DNA of 61,541 nt, taken from Octopus bimaculoides (lineage: Eukaryota). Positions 11,650 through 24,640 of this stretch are shown piece after piece. A model generated the notes under the pieces. The model was not told the origin of the DNA, did not search any database, and saw only the letters and a program-made list of their open reading frames with translations. The position numbers and the translations under genes were made by a program. Positions within the stretch are counted from its first letter, which is position 1. Each line of letters opens with the position of its first letter. The stretch is from assembly GCF_001194135.2 (NCBI RefSeq), contig NC_068985.1, positions 79,233,248-79,294,788 of the forward strand, read 5' to 3'.

Positions 11650-12375
11650 ATTAGGGAAAGAGCGGGCAATTTTTTTACAACAACTCTAGAGCTTCCCACA
11701 GTGCCGACTTAAAGCACGCTGCAACCACTATGATTTGCTCTGTTTTGCTTTTTACGTTTTAATTTTGACCGTTCAAACATACTTTAAATGACTTTTACTT
11801 CTACTTGAATAGCAGCTTCGTCTGAAAACCTTCCTCACAGCACCCACTACAAGGCCTCGGAGAGAGCGGGTAGATTTATTCACAACGACTCTCGAGTTTA
11901 CCATGGTGCCGACTTATACTATGCTGCTACCATAACATCAGCAACCACTGTGATTTGCTTTGGTTGCTTCAGTGTTTTTTTCTTTTACTTCTCATTTTTC
12001 TCCTTTCAAACATCTTTTAAATGACTTTTACTTCCGCATGTGTTATTTCTTTACTACCCACAAGGGGCTACACAAAGTGGAGACAAACAAGGACAGACAA
12101 ACGGATTAAGTCGATTATATTGACCCCAGTGCGTAACTGGTACTTATATAATTGACCCCGAAAGGATGAAAGGCAAAGTCGACCTCGGCGGAATTTGGAC
12201 TCAGAACGTAGCGGCAGACGAAATACCGCTAAGCATTTCTCCCGGCGTACTAACGTTTCTGCCAGCTAGCCGCATGTGTAGTAGACGGGCCTTCTGTACA
12301 TACTTCCACATGTGTAGCAGCTGGGCCTTCTAACCAATGCTTAGTCTGAAAACCTTCCTCTCAGCATCTACTGCA
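11650..12375 (+). repeat. Old tandem duplication of a ~210-bp unit; second copy split by a SINE
   Basis: Shared blocks gagcggg..., gtgccgactta, caaccact.tgatttgct, tttaaatgacttttacttc and gtctgaaaaccttcctc.cagca occur in 11650-11850 and again in 11860-12040 plus 12273-12375. Confidence 0.75.
12044..12272 (-). mobile_element. Young full-length SINE family A with TSD
   Basis: 10-bp direct repeat ccgcatgtgt at 12034-12043 and 12270-12279; best-preserved family A copy, very similar to 55995-56206. Confidence 0.95.
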
Positions 12376-12885
12376 TGGCTACAGTTTGGTCTTCATTTTC
12401 ATAAGGGGATGGATTAATACTGCAGTGAAGGTTGTTTTTCGCAATGATGGCTTGTATACTGTTCTCCATACTTTTGTTTGAATAAGTACGTGTATTTGTT
12501 GCTGCTTTTGTCATTGTTGTTGTTGTGAAATGAATTGTATATAATGCTTCATGTTTTTGCTGGATTCTTATTATATTTTCAATTACCACACCTTGTATCT
12601 TTGTGTGTTCATTTATATTTATTGTAGAATTTTTTTTCTCTTGTTTGGGAACTGTCTTATTTTGTTCAATGTAATTTCCTCTCGAGGCGGTTCACATACA
12701 GTGTGATATTATTATTAACTTGGAGTTATATGGTAAATGGAATTTGTTGCTGATACAACCTAAGCTTCCCAAAATGTTCAGTAAATGTTCCTGTGTAAAG
12801 ACCAAAATGAAAATTATTTCTTTCAGTCACGCTCGAAGAAAATTTAGAAATCTGGGAGTAAATATTAAGGACATCTGAACGAGAG

Positions 12886-12940
<55 letters not shown>

Positions 12941-12960
12941 ATAATAATAATAATAATAAT

Positions 12961-13635
12961 CTTTTTTTATTGACCACAAGGGCCGCACACAAAAGCAAAG
13001 GGCGATACAACACAAAGAACAGTGGTGATGTATATATAGTGCGTGTAAAGAGTAAAGAGATCTATAAAAATTAACAATAAATAATCGGATACTAAAATTC
13101 CTCAAAAGCGAGGAAGCTCCACCCAGGGTCAGCCAAAGAAGCCCACTCCTGGATACTCCGAATACCAACGATACCTCAGGCAGCCACCCTTCCCTTCTCC
13201 ATTCTCTCTGGTCTATAGGTGCATGCTCAGAGTAGGGCCATTCACATGGGCCATCCTCGCCACATTTACCCACCTTTCAACAAATTTACGGGGTGCAGCA
13301 CTTCCCACTCCACCCTCACTTTCTTTTGAAGTGGAATTCTAAAACGTCGATGAGTCCCTGGCCGAAGAGGAAGATGACTGTTTTGAATTCTTTAAACCTA
13401 GTCCATCACATTACCTCTTTCGCCACAGCCACTAGCCAGAGGAAAACTGCCTGCCTTTCCCTCCCAAAAGAAACTGACTCGGATCCGTCCTATATGCGAC
13501 AATAGGTGTTCGACAAAGCTCAACAAGTCAGCAAAGCCCGGACACCGGACGAGAGCATGAAGAACGGTTTCATCGCCCTGCTCACATCTCGGACAGGTCC
13601 GTCTGACAGCACGTCCGTGCCTGTAGAGCTCCAAA
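12961..13635 (-). mobile_element. L1/Tx1-clade LINE, 5'-truncated 3' end
   Basis: Minus ORF 13398-13634 LYRHGRAVRRTCPRCEQGDETVLHALVRCP is the ORF2 C-terminal CCHC zinc knuckle. The 3' end reads caataaaaaaag and runs into (TAT)n(TAG)n. Confidence 0.85.
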
Positions 13636-14460
13636 GGTGATGGACGCTTGATTTTGAAGTTTCTATCTCAGTACTCTTTAGTCACACACGTTTTCTTGAG
13701 CTCTTGCTATTTCTAGAATCCTCTTTTGCTTTATGTGTTTCTTCGCGGTCCAACGTCTTCCAGAATATTTCATGTGGACCGTCTACACAGTTCCATCTGA
13801 TTCGAACTTATCTCTAATTCAAGTGATGATAAGTCGCATTGGTGGATCTCTTTGAAACCCTCTTCTGATCTGTTTTTATACCGGCTACGTTTTCAAACTT
13901 CCAGTAACACTCCAGAAACAAATTTCGTTTGTTCAAAACTTAGTCTGGAACTATTTTCTAATGGTTTAAATCTGAAAAGAAATGAAAATTGAATGATCAG
14001 TTGTTAAATTGTGCATATATTTTTTGGACACTCTGCATATATATAAAAGTAAACACGAAAAATATTTAAGAATTGGAAATTCCAAGACGAAATAACGAAT
14101 CTGACACTATAAAGCTAGATATACTTCAAGAATTACAAACAGTAGATCTTACTAAAGATCGCCGAACGTGCCATCCAAAGATAGGATTCAACGATAAAAC
14201 AGCAATAACAATAAATAGACGCAAGCTTGGCCATCACAGGCTTAATTAAAGTTACAAGCATTGATAGTAATACGCTGGATTCAATAACATACGCAGTAAC
14301 CTCTCCGGTTGCAATGGATTACGGGTATTCTTTCAGATCCACTGAAATAGGAATATAAAAATCCAAATGAACAAATTATAAAACAGATGCAGATGAAGAT
14401 GTCTATCTTCTCACTCTTTTATGAAACCAATTAGAAAACACCACAAATAAAAAACGGGAA

Positions 14461-14574
<114 letters not shown>

Positions 14575-14769
14575 GGGAGGAGAAATAGAGAGAGATGGAA
14601 AGATAGATAGATAGAGAGATAGAAAGAGAGATTCTACTGAAATGTAGCATGACAAAACAATCAAGAAACAGAAAGAAGTACTAAGAATAATCAAAGAGTA
14701 TCAAAAACAGGCGATCCTTTTTTAATCGCATATGGTGGTGGGTTTGAGAAATGGTTCTTTCAAAAAAGC

Positions 14770-15530
14770 AAAATTAAATTAAAAATTTTGGTTTCAACTG
14801 CTAATGATTTTCTCAAAATGTGATAAAACTAAGAGAGTATTCAATGGCACGCGATCAGCAAGAGAAATATAAAAAAAAAATTAGTGGGAGGAGTATAAGC
14901 GGCAAAGGAATCATGTCGGGCAATGTTTGTTAAAAACCACAAACAATCTGAAGTATCGTGAGAGTTTGTAACATCAGAAGAAACAATCCAGATATTGAAA
15001 ACAAAAGGAAAAAACGAAAAACTGGAAGTCAACATGAGATGATTAAAATTTAAACTTATAGATGATAAAAATTTAAACTTATAGATGATAAAAATTTAAA
15101 CTTATAGATGATAAAAATTTAAACTTCTGGTTAAAAATGCATGAAGTACCAGAAGAGACTTTTAACGAGATATTAACGCTACCGGAGAAAACATCTGACT
15201 GACTCAGGGGAAAACCCATCTTAATAATTAGAACCCAAGACAACTACTGACCCAGGAAATGCTTCCTACAACTTAATGCGTTAACTACAATCATATTAAA
15301 GACAGAAGACAAATATTTAGAAAGAAAAATCTGTTTCTAGAAAGGCAACATGAATGCTGCAAAGACTCATGCAGATGTAATGATAAATTAATGGTCAACA
15401 AAGATAGAATCGACGAATGCAAAAGGAGACAGAACTGAGTATGGCAAAAATTGAGTACCAGAAGGCTTTTGAGGGTATTCGGTAAAGTGGATCCTAAAGA
15501 AATTGTCATTAGTAAAGAAGCGCCAGTAAG
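14770..15530 (+). mobile_element. R4/Dong-like RT fragment, heavily decayed
   Basis: 15345-15490 translates, with one frameshift, to RQHECCKDSCRCNDKLMVNK..IDECKRRQN/LSMAKIEYQKAFEGI, matching the RLE-clade RT pattern Q.GC...S.GC.DQL.I......LSMAWIDY.KAFD. Confidence 0.7.
15036..15126. repeat. 23-bp tandem repeat (aaaatttaaacttatagatgata), ~3.7 copies
   Basis: Directly visible near-perfect copies inside the R4-like fragment. Confidence 0.9.
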
Positions 15531-16017
15531 GGGCAGGTACATTGAGCATGTCTAGACTATAAGGTAAACAATTTTGGCAGAGATATCATACGTACATGCT
15601 GCATGTGTGTTTTACGTATTTATGTATACATACGTATGCACACACACTCTCTCTCTTTCTCACACTCACACATTTACACACATACACACACATTTATACA
15701 CATACATTACCTTTTGGATTACTGGTTTGTTATGTAATCGGTATATTACTCGTGAGATTATTAAGAATACGAAGGTTTTTCCAGAAGAAATATATATCCT
15801 TATATGACAGATTAAACTTATATATCCAGTAGATATTTTTGAGAGTTATTGACCCTTAGTTCATTATATCATCGCTCGAAAAATGACTTCATATTACATG
15901 CGAAATATGTATTTCCATGATTGATATGACAACCCATTTTGAAAAGATAACTTGAAATACAGTTTATTTCGGAAATTCTATTACATTTTTAAAGTATTCT
16001 ACCGATATTTTGCATGT

Positions 16018-16242
16018 TTATTCTTAATACGTCCAGACGGGCTCGAACAGCAGATACGTACGCTGTAGTGTATGTTATAGGAGAATAACTTCTTTCACGA
16101 CAACAATATGTTCATAAAACACTCGGCTTGTTAGCGCACTGGATTCTAGGAGACTGGTGTATTTACAAGTTGATCTCGTCAGCCAGAATCACCCAGACTG
16201 GTAAATTTTGCGTTCGAAGCTGCCTGTACGTATTAAGAATAA
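16018..16242. repeat. Inverted repeat pair around a unique core (possible MITE or hairpin)
   Basis: ttattcttaatacgtccag (16018-16036) versus ctgtacgtattaagaataa (16224-16242), 18/19; imperfect pairing continues ~13 nt inward. Confidence 0.6.
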
Positions 16243-16984
16243 GTCCTTGTTTTTAACCGGTCACTTCAAAGCAAAGTTTGATTTGTTTGGTTTGCAATAT
16301 GTATATGCAACCATTTAAACATGCACATCTCGATATAAGTATAAATTATTGTTAACTCAAGCTTCCAGGGCGAATAACGTTTATGCATGATTCTGAAAAT
16401 TGCATATAGTATTGCATGATAATATAATAACGCTCATGAGATTGATTTTCGATGAAACAGTTACAAATCAATGCAATAAGAGAACTTGCTCACTCCATTT
16501 TCCTTGGTAATAAAACTCGGAGAATATTTGTAAATTTTCAGGCATGTGTTTGATATAACAAACAATCTCCTGATTACTATCTGCCTGATAACCTGGACAC
16601 GTAAAAGTACGTAAAAGCGTTTAACATCCAAAAGACATTACTATATATATATATATATATATATNNNNNNNNNNNNNNNNNNNNNNNNNNNNNNNNNNNN
16701 NNNNNNNNNNNNNNNNNNNNNNNNNNNNNNNNNNNNNNNNNNNNNNNNNNNNNNNNNNNNNNNNNNNNNNNNNNNNNNNNNNNNNNNNNNNNNNNNNNNN
16801 NNNNNNNNNNNNNNNNNNNNNNNNNNNNNNNNNNNNNNNNNNNNNNNNNNNNNNNNNNNNNNNNNNNNNNNNNNNNNNNNNNNNNNNNNNNNNNNNNNNN
16901 NNNNNNNNNNNNNNNNNNNNNNNNNNNNNNNNNNNNNNNNNNNNNNNNNNNNNNNNNNNNNNNNNNNNNNNNNNNNNNNNNNNN

Positions 16985-18073
16985 AAGGTCATCCCATAAA
17001 TAATGCGGCTTTTTACACTTTTATTTTTCAAAATTAAGACAAAGTTAATTTTTTTTAATCTAAAATATTCTTTTTCATTTTCTACAATGTTATCTATCTG
17101 TCCTTGACGAAAATCACTCCTCCAGTACTGTTCTTAATTCGTCTAGAGAATTCATATTTTTTACGTCCAAATGATTTTGAAGACTGCGGAATAAATGATA
17201 ATCAGATGGTACAATGTCCGGCGAATATTGTTGCTGGGGCATCATTTCCCATTCAAACTGCTCCGGCCATTGAAATGTCATCCTCGCTTCCTGATGGAAG
17301 AACACCTTTGTTCTTCTAGCGCTGACTTAAGCCGCTCATGCAGTTCGTGGGTGAAGACCTTCTTTAGCCTGGGGTGCCGGTGCTTTTCCTTTCCCTAGCC
17401 ACTGTCTTCAGCGCTTGAAATTTTTACAGAGAACCTATTTCATCAGTGACTTATTTCATGAGGTCCAAAAAAGGTTAATTTGTGAGACGTGACAGCAAAG
17501 AAGAGCATACATTCATCCCTGCACGCGATTAGTTTGTGAGGAACCCATTAATCCAATTTGCTGACTTTTTCGATGGCATGCAGATGTCGATGAGTGGTTG
17601 AATGGCCAAACCCAAGCTTCTCTGATAGTTTCTCAACAGTTACGGTGGGATTTTGTTCCACCAGCGTTTGCAGAACGTCCTCGTCGAGCTCTACAGTTCT
17701 TTCAGGACGAGACTCGTCTTCTAGGCTGTAGTTTACGGCTTGGAATTTCTGGAACCACCGTTGACATTGGCTTACACTTATTGTCCAATTCCCATATACT
17801 GCATTAATATTACTTATACTTTCCGTTGCGTTGTTGCCTCTATTGAACTCATAAAGCAAAATATGCCGAATAGGCTCCTTTGTCACTTCTTTTATAGGTT
17901 TGAAAGAATAACTTAAAATCAAACTGAACTCTTCAAAACTTGCACTAAGAATAAGGGCAAGGTAAAATTATTACCTGCTTTTGTAGCAAGTTGATGCAGG
18001 TAGTTTATTCCGTCCTCCTCAGACTTTTAGTTCATGCAATTGAAAATACTGCAGTATTTATGGGATGACCCAA
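16985..18073 (-). mobile_element. Mariner transposon (DD34D type), decayed, both TIRs present
   Basis: TIRs ggtcatcccataaata at both ends. Minus ORFs IRHILLYEFNRGNNATESISNINAVYG...SVSQCQRWFQKF...SLEDESR and YSPDIVPSDYHLFRSLQNHL. Confidence 0.95.
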
Positions 18074-19034
18074 CATATACCCACACAAACGCAACATGCA
18101 CATGCACACATACCCACACAAACGCACACATACACATGCACATATACATACACATACACACGCGCGCGCAAACACATGCACATATATAAAACACCCTCCC
18201 CGAATAATACTGTTTCAAGTTCCTAAGACTCACGGAGCCGGTTCCTCTGTTTCAATGTTGTATAATTGACCGAGATCACAACACTCTCCCTGATTGGTAT
18301 GTCAGTACGTTGCAGGGCAACTCATTCACAGCTGATTGGACGGTGCATGGTGAACACAACGAACCCACTATAATATAATATATAGATAAGTTTGGAAAGA
18401 GACATAATTAATAATGCCTTTATTCACACTTAGCTGTTGTTTGGCCATGTTTCGCTTCTTTTACTTTTTCCAAAGTGTTGATGTTTGCTTATATATTTGA
18501 AATATCTTGCATAAATCCATATGTAACCTTTTCACGAGTATATATTTTTAATATTTAATTTTTAGTATTTACTGATTACATATCTGATTACATATCTGTA
18601 GTAAACATGTAAGCTAATGATGTTAGTATTTTTTCACTTTGCTTCCTTGCTGTTTCTAAATGTAAAATGCAGTTTGTGTTTGAAAAACAGAAAGCTATTC
18701 CTTACCACAGATACAACCATTATGGTCCGGTGATCTGATGCGTTAGCTTTCTTTATTTGCATTCATTTGTGAATATACAAGTGTATTGTATACTGATGAG
18801 CATACACATTAATCCAAAACTGTGCTTCAAATTTTTGCGTACTGAAAATAATACTAATTGAACAATTTTACGAAACGGCAGTAGTCACATGAAAGTCATG
18901 TGGAAAGTTTAAATAATTTTCACCTCTTACACCTGAATTTGAGGTTTATATATATATACGTATGTATATAACACATACACACAAATACATACATACATAC
19001 ATATATAAATGTCTGTGAGTGAGTCTGTGTGTGT

Positions 19035-19320
19035 GAAGGCGCGTGGCTTAGCGGTTAGGGTATTCAACTCACGATCTTAAGGTCGGGAGTTCGTTTCTTC
19101 AGACACTATTTCAAGTTGTACCAGCCCACTAAACTGGCAAAAATGAGTAGTACATGTATTTCAAAGATCCAGCCTAGTCACGCTGAATCTCCCTGAAAAC
19201 TACGTGAAATGTACGCATGTACGTGGAGTGCTCAGCCACTGGAACGTTAGTTTCAAGTGCCGACTGTTTCGTTCATCGGATCAACTGGAATCCTAGTTGT
19301 CGTAACCGACGGAGTGCCAG
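19035..19320 (+). mobile_element. SINE family B-related copy
   Basis: gaaggcgcgtggcttagcggttaggg head; tail gtggagtgctcagccact...ggatcaactggaatcct...cgtaaccgacggagtgcca shared with 8879-9453. Confidence 0.85.
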
Positions 19321-19587
19321 ATGAAGTCGAATAAGTGTATATAGAAATACATATATAGTTTGAAAGATATATTGATCACTCGTCACGTATTATTTATATT
19401 GATTAGCATTACCATTGAGAAAAAGGAGAAAATTGATTTGACCATCAGAATTTACGACCATATAGACATTAGTTGAGCATTATGAGACGCACAATCACAT
19501 TTCAAGCATAAAAACTAAACGGAACGATTCGAGGCTATGCTGAATAATTTATAGCCATTATTGAATGATATTGAAAGTAAACCATAT

Positions 19588-19828
19588 GGCAACTGGCACT
19601 CCGTCGGTTGCGATGACAAGGGTTCCAGTTAATCTGATCCACGGAACAGCTTGCTCGTGAAAAGGCTGGTCCTTTGAATTACAGGTAAAACTCATTTTTG
19701 CCAGCTGAGTGGACTGGAGCAACGCGAAATAAAATGTCTTGCTCAAGGACAAAACATGCTACCGAGACTGGAAGTCACGACCTTACGATCGCGAACTTAT
19801 TACCCTAACCACGAAGACACGCGACTTC
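19588..19828 (-). mobile_element. SINE family B-related copy, inverted
   Basis: tggcactccgtcggttgcgatgacaagggttccagttaatctgatcc is the reverse complement of the family B tail; tRNA-like head at ~19760-19825. Confidence 0.85.
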
Positions 19829-20854
19829 ACAGTAGATCATATAAAGTGGAACAAATTCAATAAATTCAAATGGTATGGACCGTTTAATGTCGATATTCCA
19901 GCCTTCTATTTGTGTGTGATTATGTGCATTTATCTGTGAATATACGCCTAAATGTCTGAATATGAATAAATGTGTTTGTGTGTGCGTTGGTGTATTTGTA
20001 TGTTTTGGTGTGTTGGCGTGTTTGTTTTATTTAAAAATTCATTTTTTTTTTTGCAACGTAAATATTGAAGACACCAAAAGTGAAACGGAAAAACTTCAAA
20101 TTCTATTGTTACGACATAATGACTTGTGACGTAATGACTTATGTATATATTTATGTGTATATATTGCGTTAATGTGCGTGTGTTTGTATTCGTATGCATA
20201 TGATATTTTCTATCCTCCGACGCTCGTTCACTTTCTTTTGTCTCCTTTCTTCTTTCTTCAAATGGTTAAATGTTACTCACTAAAGAAAGTACATATAGAA
20301 ATAAGCTTAGCGTATTAAACAGACATTCATACACACACACATACACACACACATGTACACATATATAAATTTATGTATGTATGTATGTCGTGACGTCCTG
20401 CGCCCACATATGCATATATATATATATATATATATATAAGTATAGATGTAAGTATGTACATATACGTATGTATATGTACATGTATANNNNNNNNNNNNNN
20501 NNNNNNNNNNNNNNNNNNNNNNNNNNNNNNNNNNNNNNNNNNNNNNNNNNNNNNNNNNNNNNNNNNNNNNNNNNNNNNNNNNNNNNNNNNNNTTTATATT
20601 ATAATATGATTGAACGCCACGAATCCTCTTCCAAATCTTCCAATCTTAATGATTCTATCTTTTTACTCTTTCGTTTTTCTCTCTTCCTTTCTGTTATTCT
20701 TCTACCTCCTCTTTTCCCCCTCATGTTTTTTACTCACTTATACTATCTCCAATTTTTGTTTCTCCCCTTCACAGTTCTCTGTCTGTCACTCTCTCTTCCT
20801 CACTCTTCCTCTCTTGCTCACGTGGTTTCCACGTGACCATCGGCCAGGGTTTAT

Positions 20855-20970
20855 TTCTGAAGTCCTAGTAATTATTCTACCGGTCTCTTTGCCAAACCAC
20901 TAAGTTACGGGACGTAAACACACGAACACCGTTTGTCGAGCAATGATGGGGAAAAACACAGACACAAACA

Positions 20971-21027
<57 letters not shown>

Positions 21028-21156
21028 CGGGCTTCTTTCAGTTTCCATCCACCAAATCCACTCACAAGCCTTTCGTAGGCCCGAGGCTATAGTAGAAGAA
21101 ACTTACCGAAAGTGCCACGTAATGGGACTAAATCCAGAACCATGTGGTTGGGAAGC
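20855..21156 (-). mobile_element. tRNA-derived SINE family D with internal (CA)n
   Basis: Reverse complement of the element at 50055-50326 (gccttgtgagtggatttggtagacggaaactgaaagaagcc central domain). Confidence 0.9.
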
Positions 21157-21399
21157 ACTATATATATATATATACATATATATATACGTAGGTAGCTACG
21201 TAGATGTAGGTATATATATACCGTTCTGAACAAATATTTATTGAAGACACATACATTATACCCAGGGCTGTGATCTCTGATCGTAGACATCAGGCCCGAT
21301 GCTTGCAACAGAATGAATTCCTCTGTTAAAGGAACACAATAGCCAAGTGGTGTTCTTAAACTAGGTGGCGGGTTAGTCTACCATCTAAATTATCCACGG

Positions 21400-21620
21400 C
21401 GATATTGGAACTCAGAATTCAAAGAGCCGGAACAAATATTTCAATGCTTTTCCACCAACGTTCTAATGATAACGGCAGTTCACTGCTTTTAATTTCCCTG
21501 ACCTCTGAATGATAAAAGGTAAGTTTGGCCTTGCTGAGATTTGAAATCAGAATGTAAGGTGCCAGAAAGAATAGCACAAGATATTACACCTGGTGTTCTA
21601 TCGACTCCGCCAGAATGCTG
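21400..21620 (-). mobile_element. Two tandem degenerate SINE family A heads
   Basis: ggaactcagaattc...ttctaatgataacggcag and gatttgaaatcagaatgtaagg...ttctatcgactccgccag. Confidence 0.5.
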
Positions 21621-22337
21621 CTCATTGCTCTCTAAGTCTCAAAAGTTGGACGCGGCACAACAATCTAACGGACGACTCGTCAATCTCTAAAAGGTGATCA
21701 ACGGTGCTACTTACATCAGCGAGCCAACGGAGAAGCCTCTACGCGGTTTCTCACCCACATAGCAGCTAAATCTCTCTCATACCTTACCTGCCTACCACAC
21801 TAAATAATGTAGACTGTAGTGTTCTGTTCCTAAGGAAAAAGATAGGGTATTGGGGTTGGAAATAATTTTGATCAATAGTTCCCTCAAGGAAAGAATACCT
21901 GGAATTAATCAAGGACAAGATCAAAGAACTACAATTCAGTATATGCTTACAACAAAAGTTACTCTATCTTATTGGAACCCGGGTGACTTAGCTAACAGCG
22001 AATACAGGAATGAAAAAAAATCGCTACCCCTAGAGGAGCAAACGAACTGTCGATCTCTCGACCATTGACTGGCAATCCGCTAAACTATCTATTATTGTAT
22101 ACACCTGCTCATATCTTTATCTCCCATAATATATTTTTCGTTTGTGCATTCCTATGAAACACCCCCACTGTTTCATCTGTGGCGAATTTCAACATTAAGC
22201 AGATTTTCTATCATAATACTATATTACGAAGGTAATCCTTCTTCTTACAGTACACAAAACACACACACGCACATACATACATACATACATACATACATAC
22301 ATACATACATAAATATATAGATACATACATACGTACA

Positions 22338-22369
<32 letters not shown>

Positions 22370-22668
22370 CACGCGCGATCACACACACATATGCCCACAC
22401 AGCGTAGGTTTCGTTTCTAATTTTCACAATTTTAAAACATACACAAATACACACACAGACACACGTACACGCACGCACACACATACATGCGCATACAAGC
22501 CCACACATACCTATATATTTCATTCACCTGCTTTATTTTTTGTATTTTACTCTTTCACTTTCTGTCATTCATTCCATGTCGTCATTCTCTGCTATCTCGT
22601 GTCTTGTACCAGCTCTATATATCTCCTTTATTTGTGAGTTTATTTGTCAGCCTATCTCGTCGTCGTCG

Positions 22669-22700
<32 letters not shown>

Positions 22701-22988
22701 GTCTTACTCCTCCTCCGCCTTCTCCTCCTNNNNNNNNNNNNNNNNNNNNNNNNNNNNNNNNNNNNNNNNNNNNNNNNNNNNNNNNNNNNNNNNNNNNNNN
22801 NNNNNNNNNNNNNNNNNNNNNNNNNNNNNNNNNNNNNNNNNNNNNNNNNNNNNNNNNNNNNNNNNNNNNNNNNNNNNNNNNNNNNNNNNNNNNNNNNNNN
22901 NNNNNNNNNNNNNNNNNNNNNNNNNNNNNNNNNNNNNNNNNNNNNNNNNNNNNNNNNNNNNNNNNNNNNNNNNNNNNNNNNNNNNNNN

Positions 22989-23059
<71 letters not shown>

Positions 23060-23089
23060 TTACATTTAAATGTTGACTTTTCTATCTTC

Positions 23090-23121
<32 letters not shown>

Positions 23122-23629
23122 ATCTATCTATCTAGCTAGCTATCTATTTATCTACCTATCTATGTATCTATATATATATATTTATATCCATATACATACC
23201 AGCAGAACATCATCGCTTTATGGACACTTCACTTTAGGAAGATTTCTTGCTTATGTAAATTGTAAAGTATGAATACTAATTTGGGGATTCTGTTTGTAAT
23301 TTCGCTTTTATGGAAACTCGGATAAATTTAATAATTTAGATTCTACTCGTTCTTCTTAACCAAAACGCCGCTTTTCAGTGTTTTAGATAGTAACTCTTCA
23401 ACCGTCTGTAATCATACAATATATTCCCCCGCTTCAGTCTTTCACCCTTTCAGAGTCTTTTTAGATCCATAGGATTACGACAGTTTCTTTCTCCTCACGT
23501 AACAGTTCTTTCTTGGTGTTACTAGATTTACTACATATCTGTTGTGGATAATTGTTGTGTTTGCCTACAATTTAAGTAGTTTCGAAAGAAACCAACATGT
23601 GGAACTGAATGTGGAGCGAAAAGAAACCG

Positions 23630-23975
23630 TAAAAACCTTAAATTGAATATTAAAATTGATGTTTTATAAACGCTTGGATCATGAGAAAAAATTAGTTACA
23701 TTATCAAATCATTAACTTTGATCCCGGTTACGGTGAAACAATATGTGAAAATAGACCGGAAATTAAACAGAGTGCTCAAGAAGCTACTCTGCTGACTGCT
23801 CGGATTTAATTTTTCATTAATCCAATATAGTAGGACGCTTAAAGCAGAATGGCTCTTGAGTTTATGGATCGTCGATAAGCCTCGATGTAATATGCGGCTA
23901 AGCATAATGGTACGTTTTTTTTTAAACCGAAAGTTTGTGTGACGATTTGCAGAGAAAGGAAGGTGAAACCTCTCA
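23630..23975 (+). mobile_element. pogo/Tigger-type transposase N-terminal (CENP-B-like HTH) fragment
   Basis: Frame-broken translation TICENRPEIKQSAQEATLLTA...EWLLSLWIVDKPRCNMRLSIMV...SLCDDLQRKEGE resembles the Tigger DNA-binding region. Confidence 0.65.
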
Positions 23976-24259
23976 TACAAAACGCTTTCTTGCTTGTAAA
24001 TTTAATAACCTTTTCCCGACCTACTGGTAATCGATATCATGAAAATTAATAATTATCTAAATTCTTATGTTTAACAGATAAATCTAGTTATCCGTATAGG
24101 TTTCACAAAATATAATAAAAGATTAAATTATAATACCATTAAGACTGTTAGGTAATACTATACAAGATCTGATCAAAATGTATCGGATTTGTTGCTACTG
24201 AAACAGAGTTAAAGTACGCAAAGTGAAGCTGTTTGGCACAAATTGATCTTGAACTCTAT

Positions 24260-24640
24260 CGCGCATTCAGACAAAATTCTAATGTTTTCGCTCATTTCCG
24301 TTTTCTTTACAGTTGTGCTTGGAAGTAAAGTGTGTAGGTTGTAGTTGTCTCAAAAATAACAACGGCTTTTACTTGTGCAGGATCTTGATTGTGTCGAGGA
24401 AGAAGAAAAATTGAAAACGCTCATAACTGGTGAGGAATCGTGAGTCTATGGCTACGACCCCGAAACCAAGGCAAAAATCATATCCCATTTGAAAGGAATA
24501 AGATTTCAAGACATCGAAGAAATCCAAGAGAATTCGAGGAGACAGCTGCTCGCTGTCCTCCCAAAAGAGTTCCAGAAATACTTCTATCAATGAAAACGAT
24601 GTTGGATAAAGCGTGTGAGATAAGTTCGAAGGAAATTAAA
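24260..24640 (+). mobile_element. Internally deleted mariner fragment
   Basis: ataactggtgaggaatcgtgagtctatggctacgaccccgaaacc = ITGEES*VYGYDPET, joined to GIRFQDIEEIQENS...KEFQKYF near the C-terminus. Confidence 0.75.

Noticed and set aside
18793-18799. Isolated CTGATGA
   Set aside because: No downstream stem II or GAAA, so not a hammerhead.
21788-21829. 42-nt minus-strand segment with a good acceptor and donor
   Set aside because: The donor side overlaps a degenerate repeat-like stretch (atagcagc..aaatctc, similar to ~59170-59190), and the peptide NRTLQSTLFSVVG is unrecognisable.
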